From IMG/VR virus record IMGVR_UViG_3300017700_000721, positions 32,001-96,000 of that record: DNA of 64,000 bases; one strand, given 5' to 3'. The number at the start of each line of letters is the position of its first letter. The first letter of the stretch is position 1. Below the pieces are notes generated by a model, which did no database searches, had not been told where the DNA came from, and saw only the letters and a program-made list of their open reading frames with translations. Shown piece by piece: positions 55,734 through 64,000 of this stretch. The position numbers and the translations under genes are program-made. The stretch is from a virus (Duplodnaviria; Caudoviricetes).

Positions 55734-57212
55734 TTAGGAGTCCAGCTCCTGGGTGATGTCTACGTCGCGACCGTCTGGATCGTCGGTGGCCTCGGTCGGC
55801 TCTTCAAGGTTCTGGTCCTGCTTCGCCTGGAGCTCTTCCGCTTCCATCTTGTCCAACCTAGCAGTATACAACGGATCAAGGATGATGTCTCCCGCCTTCA
55901 GCGGCGGCTCGTTGCGGTCTGCGCGAATGTCATTCACTGTCCGGAACGATTTGACCTCGGAGTTGATGATCTCCGAGTCAATCTTCCGATCCTCGTCAAG
56001 ACCCAGGAATTCCAGACGATATCGAGGATCGATCTTCTGGATCAGATTGGTGTTGAGGTTGTTCGCCAGAAATGTCAGCAACGGGCGTAGGCCACGCTGC
56101 TTTGAGACGGCCTGCTTCTGAGGCCCTGAGCTGTCGAAGGTGACGGCTGCGCCAGACTGGCCAATCTGCCAGTTGATCTCCGTAGGGTCAATCTGATAAA
56201 CCCCGCAGGCCTGTTTGACCAGGAAATCAAACATCATGGAGTATTCCATGTCACGGTTTGAGCGGTCAAGCTCCTTCCAATCAACCTCACCATCCTTGCC
56301 AATCTTCAGCACCGGAGGGTTCCAGGCGTGAGCTGCGTTGCGGATAGCCTGCCGGAAATCACGCTTGAAGACTTGGAACTGGGTGTCATCAACGTCACCC
56401 TTCACGATCATTACACCTTTGGCAGTTCCGCCCTGGGTCAGCTGACCGGCGTTGAACTTGTCGGCGTTCAGCATTGTCGTGATGGTTCGAACCAGGATCT
56501 CAAGTTCAGAGTACCCGTAGCCCATCATCTGGATGTTGGTCTGCGGGTTACGCACACCAAAGATCATCTCCTTGCGGGAATACTCTGCTACAATACGCTC
56601 GTGGAGCACCTGCACGTACCAAGGGTCATCAGACAGAGGATCCGACGCCTTCGAGAGCGATGCCTTCAGCTTACGAATGGTACCAGCATCTACGGCCACA
56701 ACGTAGGAAGGCAGACCGTTGCGGCGACTCACAATCTCGGCGTTGGCCTGGTCAAGCTCCAAACTGTCTCGCATGAACTGTCGGGTAAAGTCCTCCAGCG
56801 AGGCTTCACCGTAGCCCACGGTTCCCATCGTGTAGATCCAATCACGGAGGGCAAGGGTCTTGGCGTTGTCCTTCTTGGCGGCGTTGTCATCGCTGACGAT
56901 CTCGTACCCCAGAGTGTAGCGCTGGGTCCGGGGGGTGCAGAAAGCAGCCACCTGGTTCAGCCGGGTCTGGATGATGGACCCAATGATGGGGTTCTTGGCC
57001 ATCGCGCGCAGGTCGTAGGTCGACAGTGCAGACTGGGGGCGCTGCATCCACTCCGGACCCATGAACATGGTCAGCGGATCGTAGAACGTTGTCTGAGGTT
57101 CATGTGCCCGATCACGGATCTGCTCGATCGCCTTCTCGATCCGTTCCTCTACGATGGCGGCACCGAAGGAGTCCCCGATGATCGTCCTTACGCGCTGACC
57201 TAGCGAGGGCAT
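55734..57212 (-). CDS. Portal protein
   Basis: Follows TerL; IIQTRLNQV, RDSLELDQ, GVRNP, GYGYSELE, NRDMEY, CGVYQIDPTEI, GLRPLL, RTVNDIR. Confidence 0.9.
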   Translation of the reverse strand: MPSLGQRVRTIIGDSFGAAIVEERIEKAIEQIRDRAHEPQTTFYDPLTMFMGPEWMQRPQSALSTYDLRAMAKNPIIGSIIQTRLNQVAAFCTPRTQRYTLGYEIVSDDNAAKKDNAKTLALRDWIYTMGTVGYGEASLEDFTRQFMRDSLELDQANAEIVSRRNGLPSYVVAVDAGTIRKLKASLSKASDPLSDDPWYVQVLHERIVAEYSRKEMIFGVRNPQTNIQMMGYGYSELEILVRTITTMLNADKFNAGQLTQGGTAKGVMIVKGDVDDTQFQVFKRDFRQAIRNAAHAWNPPVLKIGKDGEVDWKELDRSNRDMEYSMMFDFLVKQACGVYQIDPTEINWQIGQSGAAVTFDSSGPQKQAVSKQRGLRPLLTFLANNLNTNLIQKIDPRYRLEFLGLDEDRKIDSEIINSEVKSFRTVNDIRADRNEPPLKAGDIILDPLYTARLDKMEAEELQAKQDQNLEEPTEATDDPDGRDVDITQELDS

Positions 57213-57249
57213 TTATCTCTCCATCCTGATGCTCAACGCTCGTACTTGC

Positions 57250-58740
57250 TTAGCCAAAGTCAGCGGAGAAGGTTGTGGCACGCGAAGCTACGAGCGCATG
57301 CCAGATGGCCATAACCACGTCGTCGTGGGTGGTCTCGTTGCCAATCCTACCGTGTCGCTGCTGAATACCGTTGAACTCCGTAACGATGTAGTCAGTCATG
57401 ATACGGTCTTGGTCGGTCTTGTACGGGAACCTGAACTGTAGGTTCTCAAACAGCGGGCGGATCGAGAGAAGACCTGTCTCCATCGACCTCTTGTTCTGAC
57501 CCGTCACGGTGTGGCCTCGAACAGGCATCCGACTCTTGTTCTTGAAGTGCTCCCGGTAAAGGCCTTGGAACATGTTGTCTTCAAGAAAGCCCAGGGTTAC
57601 TTGGTACATTTGGCAGTAGTATTCAATCTGGTTGATCTGCTCCTGCATGAACTGAGGGCGGGCTCGCCAATAGTTCAGAAGTGTGTAAAGGTTCGCGCTC
57701 TTGTCGTACTCCAAAGCTACGATAGCGGTCCAGTCGCCGTCGTTAGATCCCGGTACTGAAAAGTCCACCCCCAGGAAGACAGGGTTTCCACCTGTATAGT
57801 TCCTGGAGTAGGATAGCTGGCGGTCAAACAGTGGCTCGAGAAGGCTCGTCGGGAAGATCGTGGTCTCGTCCGAGAGCGGCTTGTTCATATACTCCTTGGA
57901 GAAGGAGAGACTGCCGACCTTCCGTCGGATAGCCATCAGATCTTCTGCAGAGTAACGATCGGCCCACAGTGGAATGGTCATCGCCTCGTCGACGAAAGCG
58001 GCGAGCTTTGCTCCCGTGTACTCACCTCCCTGGAGCTGCTCGTGATACATATCGTCGGTATCTTGGGCGGTGCCCACCGTAACAATCTGCGACTTGAACC
58101 CTTGAAGGCGGACCTTGGCGGTGCCCTTGTCCTTCATGGGGAAGACCACTTCGTTGAAGCGAGTCTTCATCATCTTCCGCACGTCAGCTGACCAGCTGTT
58201 CTTTTCGTTCAGCACGTCGTCCAGTAGGATCAGCTGCGGATGGCGGCCACGCAAAGGCGACATGAAACCCTTCGCCTTGATGACCTTCTGGTTCCCCAGC
58301 TGCATCTCGGTTCGGGAGTCAGGGCCGTGCGATCGTCCTTTCGGGAGAAGGGGCCAAAGAGACTCCCGATTGTTCATCAGGATCTTCATCTTGTCCAGGT
58401 TCTCGACGGCGGTCGGCTGGTCAGGACCAAGGATCAAGATGTCTTGTACCCAAGGATCGTACTTCGCCTTCCAGAGGGCATAGGCTCTGATCAGCGAGTG
58501 ACTCTTCCCGTGATCTCGAGGGGCCATCTCTATCACGTCATCGCCCGTCTTCAGGTGATCCCACCAGATCTTATGCTGAGGACCAATCTCAAAGCCCAGC
58601 TCCACCTTCTGGAAGACTAGGAAGTTGGTCCTACACAGCTGCCGGACAGCGTGTTTAATCCCTGCGGCGTTACCGCCCAGGAAGGCTCCGGCTGCTTTCG
58701 ACTGGCTAGTGCCGGGCCGAGGGAGGTGGTAAAAGGTCAT
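57250..58740 (-). CDS. Terminase large subunit
   Basis: Walker A APRDHGKS, RGRHP, Walker B ILLDD, VGT, nuclease LGVDF, HDDVVMA. Confidence 0.93.
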   Translation of the reverse strand: MTFYHLPRPGTSQSKAAGAFLGGNAAGIKHAVRQLCRTNFLVFQKVELGFEIGPQHKIWWDHLKTGDDVIEMAPRDHGKSHSLIRAYALWKAKYDPWVQDILILGPDQPTAVENLDKMKILMNNRESLWPLLPKGRSHGPDSRTEMQLGNQKVIKAKGFMSPLRGRHPQLILLDDVLNEKNSWSADVRKMMKTRFNEVVFPMKDKGTAKVRLQGFKSQIVTVGTAQDTDDMYHEQLQGGEYTGAKLAAFVDEAMTIPLWADRYSAEDLMAIRRKVGSLSFSKEYMNKPLSDETTIFPTSLLEPLFDRQLSYSRNYTGGNPVFLGVDFSVPGSNDGDWTAIVALEYDKSANLYTLLNYWRARPQFMQEQINQIEYYCQMYQVTLGFLEDNMFQGLYREHFKNKSRMPVRGHTVTGQNKRSMETGLLSIRPLFENLQFRFPYKTDQDRIMTDYIVTEFNGIQQRHGRIGNETTHDDVVMAIWHALVASRATTFSADFG

Positions 58741-59344
58741 TGACCCCGATCACAATGTCACCGTTAATGATGAGGTCCGTGAGGACATCCGAAGCGTCTT
58801 GGGTGAGGCCGATCCCGTTCTGTTCCAGCTTCTTGATGTCCTCTTCCATCTTGTCCACTGCGCTGCCTGGGACCTTCGCCAGCATCGCGTGCAGCTTCGT
58901 CAACATGTCGTTCTGCACAACCATCTCTTGACGAACGCGCTTGTCCGAGTAGGCCGGGTTGACCTTCTGCTTCTCTTTCTCGTTCCTCACGAGGGTGTCA
59001 ACCCTCTGCTTCTGCGTGTATATGTTCTGTGACATCTCTCGGATGATGTCGATGGTGACCGTACCGCCCATCTTCTCGATCATCTCCTCGGCCCAGGAGA
59101 GATTGACCTGAACCTTGGTCTCCTTTAGGTTCCGGAAGATGGTTGGGGCTGAGATCCGGTATTCCTGACCCTGCTCAATCAGCCACTTCTCAATGTCTCG
59201 GTAAGGAATTGCCTGCAGACGCATGCTAATGATAACGTCGCAGAATGGGGACTGACGGATGGCACAGGCTTTGTTAAGCCTCGACCGAACCCTACCAATC
59301 AACCCGTGAGGATCCGGGAGAACTTGACGCTTTACGGTTGCCAT
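58706..59344 (-). CDS. Putative terminase small subunit
   Basis: Upstream of TerL; HTH-like N-terminus then coiled coil; start at TAATG overlap. Confidence 0.55.
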   Translation of the reverse strand: MATVKRQVLPDPHGLIGRVRSRLNKACAIRQSPFCDVIISMRLQAIPYRDIEKWLIEQGQEYRISAPTIFRNLKETKVQVNLSWAEEMIEKMGGTVTIDIIREMSQNIYTQKQRVDTLVRNEKEKQKVNPAYSDKRVRQEMVVQNDMLTKLHAMLAKVPGSAVDKMEEDIKKLEQNGIGLTQDASDVLTDLIINGDIVIGVNDLLPPPSARH

Positions 59345-59967
59345 TAGGCAGCCATCCTTCGCGGCTGAGCAGCGAGGGCTTCGAGCCTTTCCTGCTTCTT
59401 GGTTTGGAGGGTAAGGTGCTTGTTCATATGTGCGAGTGAGACCGAGGAAACACGCACGTAATAAACGAACGGCGACTTTGACCAATCAGCCTTCAATTCG
59501 TAGGGTCGAGCTGTCGCCTTGAGTCCTAGCTCTGTCATGAGGGCGTAAACCTCGCCTGCCAGTTCTCGGTGGACTGTGGCGTAGTAAACCAGGGTTGACT
59601 TGTTCTCCTTCGGCTTGGAGACAGACCCGTCCGAGTCCATCAATCCTTCGAGGAGCTTCCACTGGAACTCGGGAGCCCAATCCAGCCAGCCGACAGGTAG
59701 GCGCTTGTTCGTGGCGTTGGTGTGGATGTCCAGGCCTGCCGATATGCAATCAGCCGTCATCTCTCGGGTCGAGGTATAAACTAGATGTCCAGACTTCTGA
59801 GGATTAAACTTCCGGAAGGTTCCGTACTCTTCCAGAGCGGCAGCCACCTTCGGGTAGTCATCAGCGTTACAAATCCACCTGAGCTGCTCGAGACCGTGGT
59901 TGTTAACGTACCAACCATCTCCAATCCAGTAACCCAACAGGTAAGCGAGAGGCAAGGATCCAATCAT
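59344..59967 (-). CDS. Free-standing LAGLIDADG (intein DOD-type) homing endonuclease
   Basis: Two motifs, YLLGYWIGDG and LLEGLMDSDG; KRLP..W; no Hint domain. Confidence 0.85.
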   Translation of the reverse strand: MIGSLPLAYLLGYWIGDGWYVNNHGLEQLRWICNADDYPKVAAALEEYGTFRKFNPQKSGHLVYTSTREMTADCISAGLDIHTNATNKRLPVGWLDWAPEFQWKLLEGLMDSDGSVSKPKENKSTLVYYATVHRELAGEVYALMTELGLKATARPYELKADWSKSPFVYYVRVSSVSLAHMNKHLTLQTKKQERLEALAAQPRRMAA

Positions 59968-59969
59968 AG

Positions 59970-60578
59970 TCAGTGTACGACTCTAATGTTGAAATTGTGA
60001 TCCAGCAACAGTATCAACCCCAATTGCTTGTACCATTTGTCAGGGTCTTTAGGCTCAAGATCGGCCAGCTTGTTCTTGGTCTTCGTAAATATCCACTTCA
60101 CTGTTGACTGGCGGACGTCATGCTTCTTTCCCACCATCTCTTGGTTCAGCCAATAGAACAGGTCGAAGAGGATGTCCTTTTCCTTCTCTTTCAAGAAGTA
60201 GAGCTCGCCTAGGACGGCACGGAGAGGGATGTCCGCAATCGTCATCAGGTAGCGTAGCTTGATAATGGTTCGGCGGTAGCGATACGAGACGGTTGGCTGA
60301 GAGATCCCAAGGAGGACCGCAATGTCCTTCTGGTGCTTCTTCTTCTCGTAGATCAGCCAGAAGATCTCTGCCTCTAGCTCTGGCAGGAACTTCATCAGCG
60401 GCTTGACTTCCATGTCCAGATAGAACCCAGACGGATGGGCGTCCGCGATGTCCTGAGCGTCAAGGTAATCGAGTGTCGCCGGGTCTACGGGAAAGAATAT
60501 CTCCCGTTGGTAAACTGTGTCTAGGTTCTCTGATGCGACGATGCCTTGGCCCGCCGCGTGTTGCTTACGCACTACCAT
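59970..60578 (-). CDS. Regulator with tandem sigma70 region 4-like HTH domains
   Basis: QKDIAVLLGISQPTVS and QEMVGKKHDVRQSTV. Confidence 0.7.
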   Translation of the reverse strand: MVVRKQHAAGQGIVASENLDTVYQREIFFPVDPATLDYLDAQDIADAHPSGFYLDMEVKPLMKFLPELEAEIFWLIYEKKKHQKDIAVLLGISQPTVSYRYRRTIIKLRYLMTIADIPLRAVLGELYFLKEKEKDILFDLFYWLNQEMVGKKHDVRQSTVKWIFTKTKNKLADLEPKDPDKWYKQLGLILLLDHNFNIRVVH

Positions 60579-60602
60579 TAGTTACCCCCGGCAGGGGCGT
60601 AA

Positions 60603-60956
60603 TCACCTAGCGTTTAGGTAGGTCTCCTCGAACTCCGCCACCGTTTGCGGCGGACCCCAGGACCCATCCCTGGCGCCCTGTACTCTCACGGATCCACTCT
60701 GCTCGCTTTGCTCCATCCACTGACTCTCCTCGGGATCGAAGAACCGGACCGTGAGGCCCACCTTCGAGAGGAGGTCGATAAGAGGAGCCTTTTCCGTAAC
60801 CTTCCAAGGCGTCACGTGAGCTTGAATGTCGAGGAAAGGCTCTCCTTCTTTCCCATTCTCGACTTCCGTCTTTCTGCACATGAAGTAAGCGCCCAGCTGA
60901 TTACCGGATGTCAGAACGACAGCGTAAACCCGTGATTTCCGTACTTGCTTTGTCAT
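60603..60956 (-). CDS. Hypothetical protein
   Basis: 117-aa ORF with GAGG RBS. Confidence 0.55.
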   Translation of the reverse strand: MTKQVRKSRVYAVVLTSGNQLGAYFMCRKTEVENGKEGEPFLDIQAHVTPWKVTEKAPLIDLLSKVGLTVRFFDPEESQWMEQSEQSGSVRVQGARDGSWGPPQTVAEFEETYLNAR

Positions 60957-61056
60957 TGCCTCTGCCTTTCAAGCATACTCAGCGGACCTAGGCGTTCGCT
61001 CAGACAAGCGGGTTGCCCTCCTAGGTTCGGAGGGCTGCTGTCGCCTGCTTCTAAGT

Positions 61057-61617
61057 CTATACTTGGACGATAAGGAGAGGCTGGTCTCCGGACTGACCGT
61101 AGTTGTCCACTACCTTCTCGGTAGGGTCCGGTGTGGGCTCTGGAGGAGGTGCAAAGAGCTTCTTCTCTTTCTCGTTCTTAACCCACGAGAGCGAGGCCAG
61201 GTCCGATATGTCTCGGACGGTCGTCTCCATGAAGGCTCCGGTTCGATAAGAGCCGTACTGGAGGTTGAAGAAGTCGGCGGCAGTCTTCAGATCCTTGAAC
61301 CCGAGTAGGATCTTATGCTCGTCGAAGGTGCCGTCGTCCTTGAGGAGTTCTACCTGGAAGACGCACTCGCTTTCGCGATCATCTCCAACGTAGCAATCCA
61401 TCTCGTCGCCCTCTTCCGGGGAGACTGTGTCCTTGATGAACCCGTAGTCGGCATAAAGCATCCAGCCGTCGTAAGGGTCGCCATCAGGCTTGGTCTTGAT
61501 CTCGCCTTTCTTGTACTCGATGACGAGCCCAAGGCCCTGAAAGTCCAAGTCAAAAGGCTTCGACTTGGCTTTGCGGTCCTCAATGGAGGAGGCCGTGGTA
61601 GGCACTATTGAGCCCAT
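61057..61617 (-). CDS. Inorganic pyrophosphatase-like protein (phage InPase type)
   Basis: VIEY.KG, ADYGFI, EGDEMDCYVG, FDEHKILLGF; GAGGAGG RBS before ATG 61617. Confidence 0.8.
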   Translation of the reverse strand: MGSIVPTTASSIEDRKAKSKPFDLDFQGLGLVIEYKKGEIKTKPDGDPYDGWMLYADYGFIKDTVSPEEGDEMDCYVGDDRESECVFQVELLKDDGTFDEHKILLGFKDLKTAADFFNLQYGSYRTGAFMETTVRDISDLASLSWVKNEKEKKLFAPPPEPTPDPTEKVVDNYGQSGDQPLLIVQV

Positions 61618-61639
61618 CAGGGCCTCCTCTTGAGAGGTT

Positions 61640-62071
61640 TTAGCCGATCGGCTCGATCTCGATCCAAACGATGCCGGCACCTGCCGTAGCGAAGGCGGCG
61701 CCCGGGATGATCTCGATCTTGTCGCCGATCTCAACGCGGGCCGTCAGCGTGCCGACGGTCGGCGTGTCCGTGAGCGGGACGTTGACCGGGGCAGCATCCG
61801 GCACCACGATGGCAAGACCGGCGACTGCAACGTCGTTCACCTCGAACGTGATGCTGGCGCCGGTGGTGACAGCGGTGTACGGTGTGAAGCCGGCGCGAAC
61901 GATCTTGCCCTTGGTGGGCGAGATCACGTAGTGAACCGTCGGTGCCAGGAGATCGGTCTGATTGTAGTCGTTCTGGATGATGCGGTTCTGGATGATCTCC
62001 AGAGCGCGGCGTGTGCCACCGGCATCAGCATACGGCTTCGAGATATCCTTCTGGATCATAGAAAGGTCCAT
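61640..62071 (-). CDS. Beta-rich protein, possible virion/decoration protein
   Basis: Val/Thr/Ala-rich, codon bias like the capsid gene, AAGGAG RBS. Confidence 0.45.
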   Translation of the reverse strand: MDLSMIQKDISKPYADAGGTRRALEIIQNRIIQNDYNQTDLLAPTVHYVISPTKGKIVRAGFTPYTAVTTGASITFEVNDVAVAGLAIVVPDAAPVNVPLTDTPTVGTLTARVEIGDKIEIIPGAAFATAGAGIVWIEIEPIG

Positions 62072-62143
62072 GACGAGCTCCTTGACAGGCTGGGTTGCTT
62101 TACGGGTGACCGAGCCCAGAAAAGGGCTACTTGAACTGACTAC

Positions 62144-62695
62144 TTAAGAGGTCACTGGCTGAGCAACTCGTGACAGGTTGCCCAGGACAAGCAACAGCTC
62201 CTGGGAGGTGAGATCTTCAAGGCCTGTCTTCTCTGCTACGGCTAGTCGTAGGTCCTCGGCCTCTTTCGGCAGGGGTGAGATCTGCCTGAGCGCTTGGTCG
62301 ATCTTCGATGTGCGTTCCTGGCGGTACTCCTGGACTTGCTTCCCGAACTCGGTCAGCCCTCCCTCAGCCAGGAGCTCGATCACACCGTCACTGTCCTCCT
62401 TCTCGTTCTGTTCCACTAAGGCGCCGCGCTTGGTGTACTCAGCCACGCTCATGGCTGCGGGCTTGGTTGCCAACCAATAGAACAGCTTCTGATAAGCCTC
62501 GGCTGTGTCCACGCCGGCGAACTTTACGCCACCAAGGCGCAAGGTCACCTTTCCGCCCTGAATGCCAGCACCCAGCTTTGTGGTTCCTGCGGCAATGATC
62601 ACCTGTTCAAGCAAGCCGGCCGTAAAGTTCGACAACGACAAAGCCTCGTCGGTCTCAGCCTTGATCGCCTCGTTCAGCCCTTTAAATCCTGGCAT
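62144..62695 (-). CDS. Hypothetical protein
   Basis: 183-aa ORF with GAGG RBS. Confidence 0.6.
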   Translation of the reverse strand: MPGFKGLNEAIKAETDEALSLSNFTAGLLEQVIIAAGTTKLGAGIQGGKVTLRLGGVKFAGVDTAEAYQKLFYWLATKPAAMSVAEYTKRGALVEQNEKEDSDGVIELLAEGGLTEFGKQVQEYRQERTSKIDQALRQISPLPKEAEDLRLAVAEKTGLEDLTSQELLLVLGNLSRVAQPVTS

Positions 62696-62898
62696 TGCCT
62701 CAATTCCTCGATGCGATCCACGATCGCGAAGGCCAGGTCTATATCTCCGGCCTCCAGTTCTCGCGTGATCAGGGTGTAGGTTCGGATAACTTCGATCGGA
62801 GGTCGGTGTCCAGCCAGCACTTCACGGTAAAGGGTCTCCGCCTCGTCAAGCAAAGCTTGGGTAGAGAGTACCTCGGTCTTGGGAAACTCCTTGGCCAT
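62674..62898 (-). CDS. Hypothetical protein
   Basis: 74-aa helical ORF in the operon. Confidence 0.5.
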   Translation of the reverse strand: MAKEFPKTEVLSTQALLDEAETLYREVLAGHRPPIEVIRTYTLITRELEAGDIDLAFAIVDRIEELRQCQDLKG

Positions 62899-62910
62899 GG
62901 CTGAACCGCT

Positions 62911-63167
62911 TCAGTGGTACCAAGAAGATTGCTCCGCTTGGCTGTCCTCGACAAATAAACCTGTTGTACGATACAGCTGCAAAGCTCTGGCCACATATCC
63001 CTCGGTCAAGACGTAACCTGTCCGGTATTGCAAGATCTTCACGATCTCGATCGCCAGGTAGCCGCGCTGCCCCGTAGGGCTCGCTGAGGCTTCCATCGAA
63101 AGCCTCATCAAAGCCTGGGTCACCTTTCCCTGGCGTTCGAAGTCGGCCATCATCCTCTCTTTGCTCA
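62911..63167 (-). CDS. Hypothetical protein, possible winged-helix
   Basis: GYVARALQLY..TGL; start uncertain. Confidence 0.45.
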
Positions 63168-63184
63168 TGTGTAACGCCACTAGC

Positions 63185-63213
63185 AAAAGAAGCCCGGATG
63201 AGCCGGGCTTCTT
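63185..63213 (-). terminator. Intrinsic terminator
   Basis: AAGAAGCCCGG-atgag-CCGGGCTTCTT followed by T run on the minus strand. Confidence 0.75.
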
Positions 63214-63232
63214 GGTTCAGGTTGATGTGACC

Positions 63233-63640
63233 TCAGGCGGCGATCGCCTCGGGGGCGACAGCCAGGACAGCGTCGACCGGGACGTCGGTCGCCATCTGGA
63301 GCTCTGCGGTGCCGGCCAGGATCGCGGCGGCCTGCTTGACGTAGATCTGGGCGTTCTCGAGCTCGTTCGCGGCGATCACGATGTGATGGATCTTCATCAC
63401 GACCGAGGCCGCATCGGCGAACCGGGCGTAGCGCTTGCCGCGCACTTCGAAGCAGTACTGCTCGACCGGCTTGTGGCTGGCGCCGTGGCGGAACTGGGTG
63501 CCCCAGGAAATCTTGGTGATGACCGTCGAGAGAACCTTCTCCGAGCGGTTCTTGCCTTCGCCCCAAACGGCGATCAGCTGACGGTTGGCGGAGGTGGCGG
63601 AGCCGGTACGGCGGAGAGCGTCGATCTGCATGTTGGCCAT
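63233..63640 (-). CDS. Hypothetical early protein (own promoter and terminator)
   Basis: AAAGGA RBS before ATG 63640 (leaderless ATG 63685 also possible); strong codon bias. Confidence 0.65.
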   Translation of the reverse strand: MANMQIDALRRTGSATSANRQLIAVWGEGKNRSEKVLSTVITKISWGTQFRHGASHKPVEQYCFEVRGKRYARFADAASVVMKIHHIVIAANELENAQIYVKQAAAILAGTAELQMATDVPVDAVLAVAPEAIAA

Positions 63641-63691
63641 TTGACTGTTCCTTTTGTCCGTGAGCCGCGTTGTGCGCCTCATCATGTATGT

Positions 63692-63720
63692 ATTATAGCA
63701 CGTCTCAAGGGAACAGTCAA
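63692..63720 (-). promoter_or_regulatory. Sigma70 promoter
   Basis: TTGACT-17 bp-TATAAT with extended TG. Confidence 0.8.
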
Positions 63721-63760
63721 CTATCTAATTCGTCCTGGCTATGCGTTGGAGGAATATCCT

Positions 63761-64000
63761 CTATGCACCGGGTGCAGTCAACGAAGGCTCACGTTGCTTG
63801 ACAAGGAGCAGGTCGAGCTCATAATCAAGGGCGAGGGCCATTGCCTCGACCTCGTTGATCTTCGGTATCGAGAAGCCCAGGTTCCAGTACTTCAGTGTCC
63901 CTGTAGGAATCTTCAGGCCGGCCTTCTCCTCGATCAGCTTGGAGAAAGGTTCCCAGCCAGGGCTGTGCAGGCCCCGCTCCGTGGCGTCGCCGAACAGATC
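63761..64000 (-). CDS. XRE/Cro-like HTH regulator, 5' end outside the window
   Basis: Manual translation ...EKAGLKIPTGTLKYWNLGFSIPKINEVEAMALALDYELDL... Confidence 0.6.
   Translation of the reverse strand, partial: DLFGDATERGLHSPGWEPFSKLIEEKAGLKIPTGTLKYWNLGFSIPKINEVEAMALALDYELDLLLVKQREPSLTAPGA

Noticed and set aside
1-64000. Stop-codon reassignment as the cause of the split genes
   Set aside because: Genes are full length under the standard code, all three stops are used at gene ends, and the split halves are kilobases apart

Overview
A 64-kb segment of a large tailed dsDNA phage genome (Caudoviricetes). Essentially all real genes are on the minus strand, densely packed, standard genetic code; I found no tRNA, rRNA, CRISPR array or integrase. 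In transcription order (right to left): small genes and regulators (60-64 kb); packaging and head module (TerS-like, TerL, portal, MuF-like, prohead protease, scaffold, SPO1/Twort-like major capsid); neck and non-contractile tail (tube, frameshifted chaperones, 1342-aa tape measure, fibre); Gram-negative lysis cassette (membrane proteins, M15 peptidase endolysin, i/o-spanins); then ~31 kb of replication/recombination genes (SNF2 helicase, DnaC-like, DnaB-like, split primase, family A polymerase, Endo IV, CobS/CobT-like pair, clamp-loader-like subunits, sigma-like factor, ligase, HU, RuvC-like, RecA, SurE, split SbcC plus SbcD, Cas4-like nuclease, beta clamp, 1055-aa radical SAM protein). The host is Gram-negative (spanins), probably an alphaproteobacterium (inference from tail genes and DUF3309). 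Most notable: a SECOND family A DNA polymerase directly behind the portal gene. It has no proofreading domain, altered template-contacting residues, and a 454-aa N-terminal extension carrying the K-[S/A/G] motif seen in the head proteins. A perfect internal TTGACA-17-TATAAT promoter is placed to make a leaderless mRNA for the bare 418-aa polymerase domain. This suggests one gene making an early free polymerase and a late, possibly virion-packaged one. All family calls are by motif recognition from memory; no database search was run.
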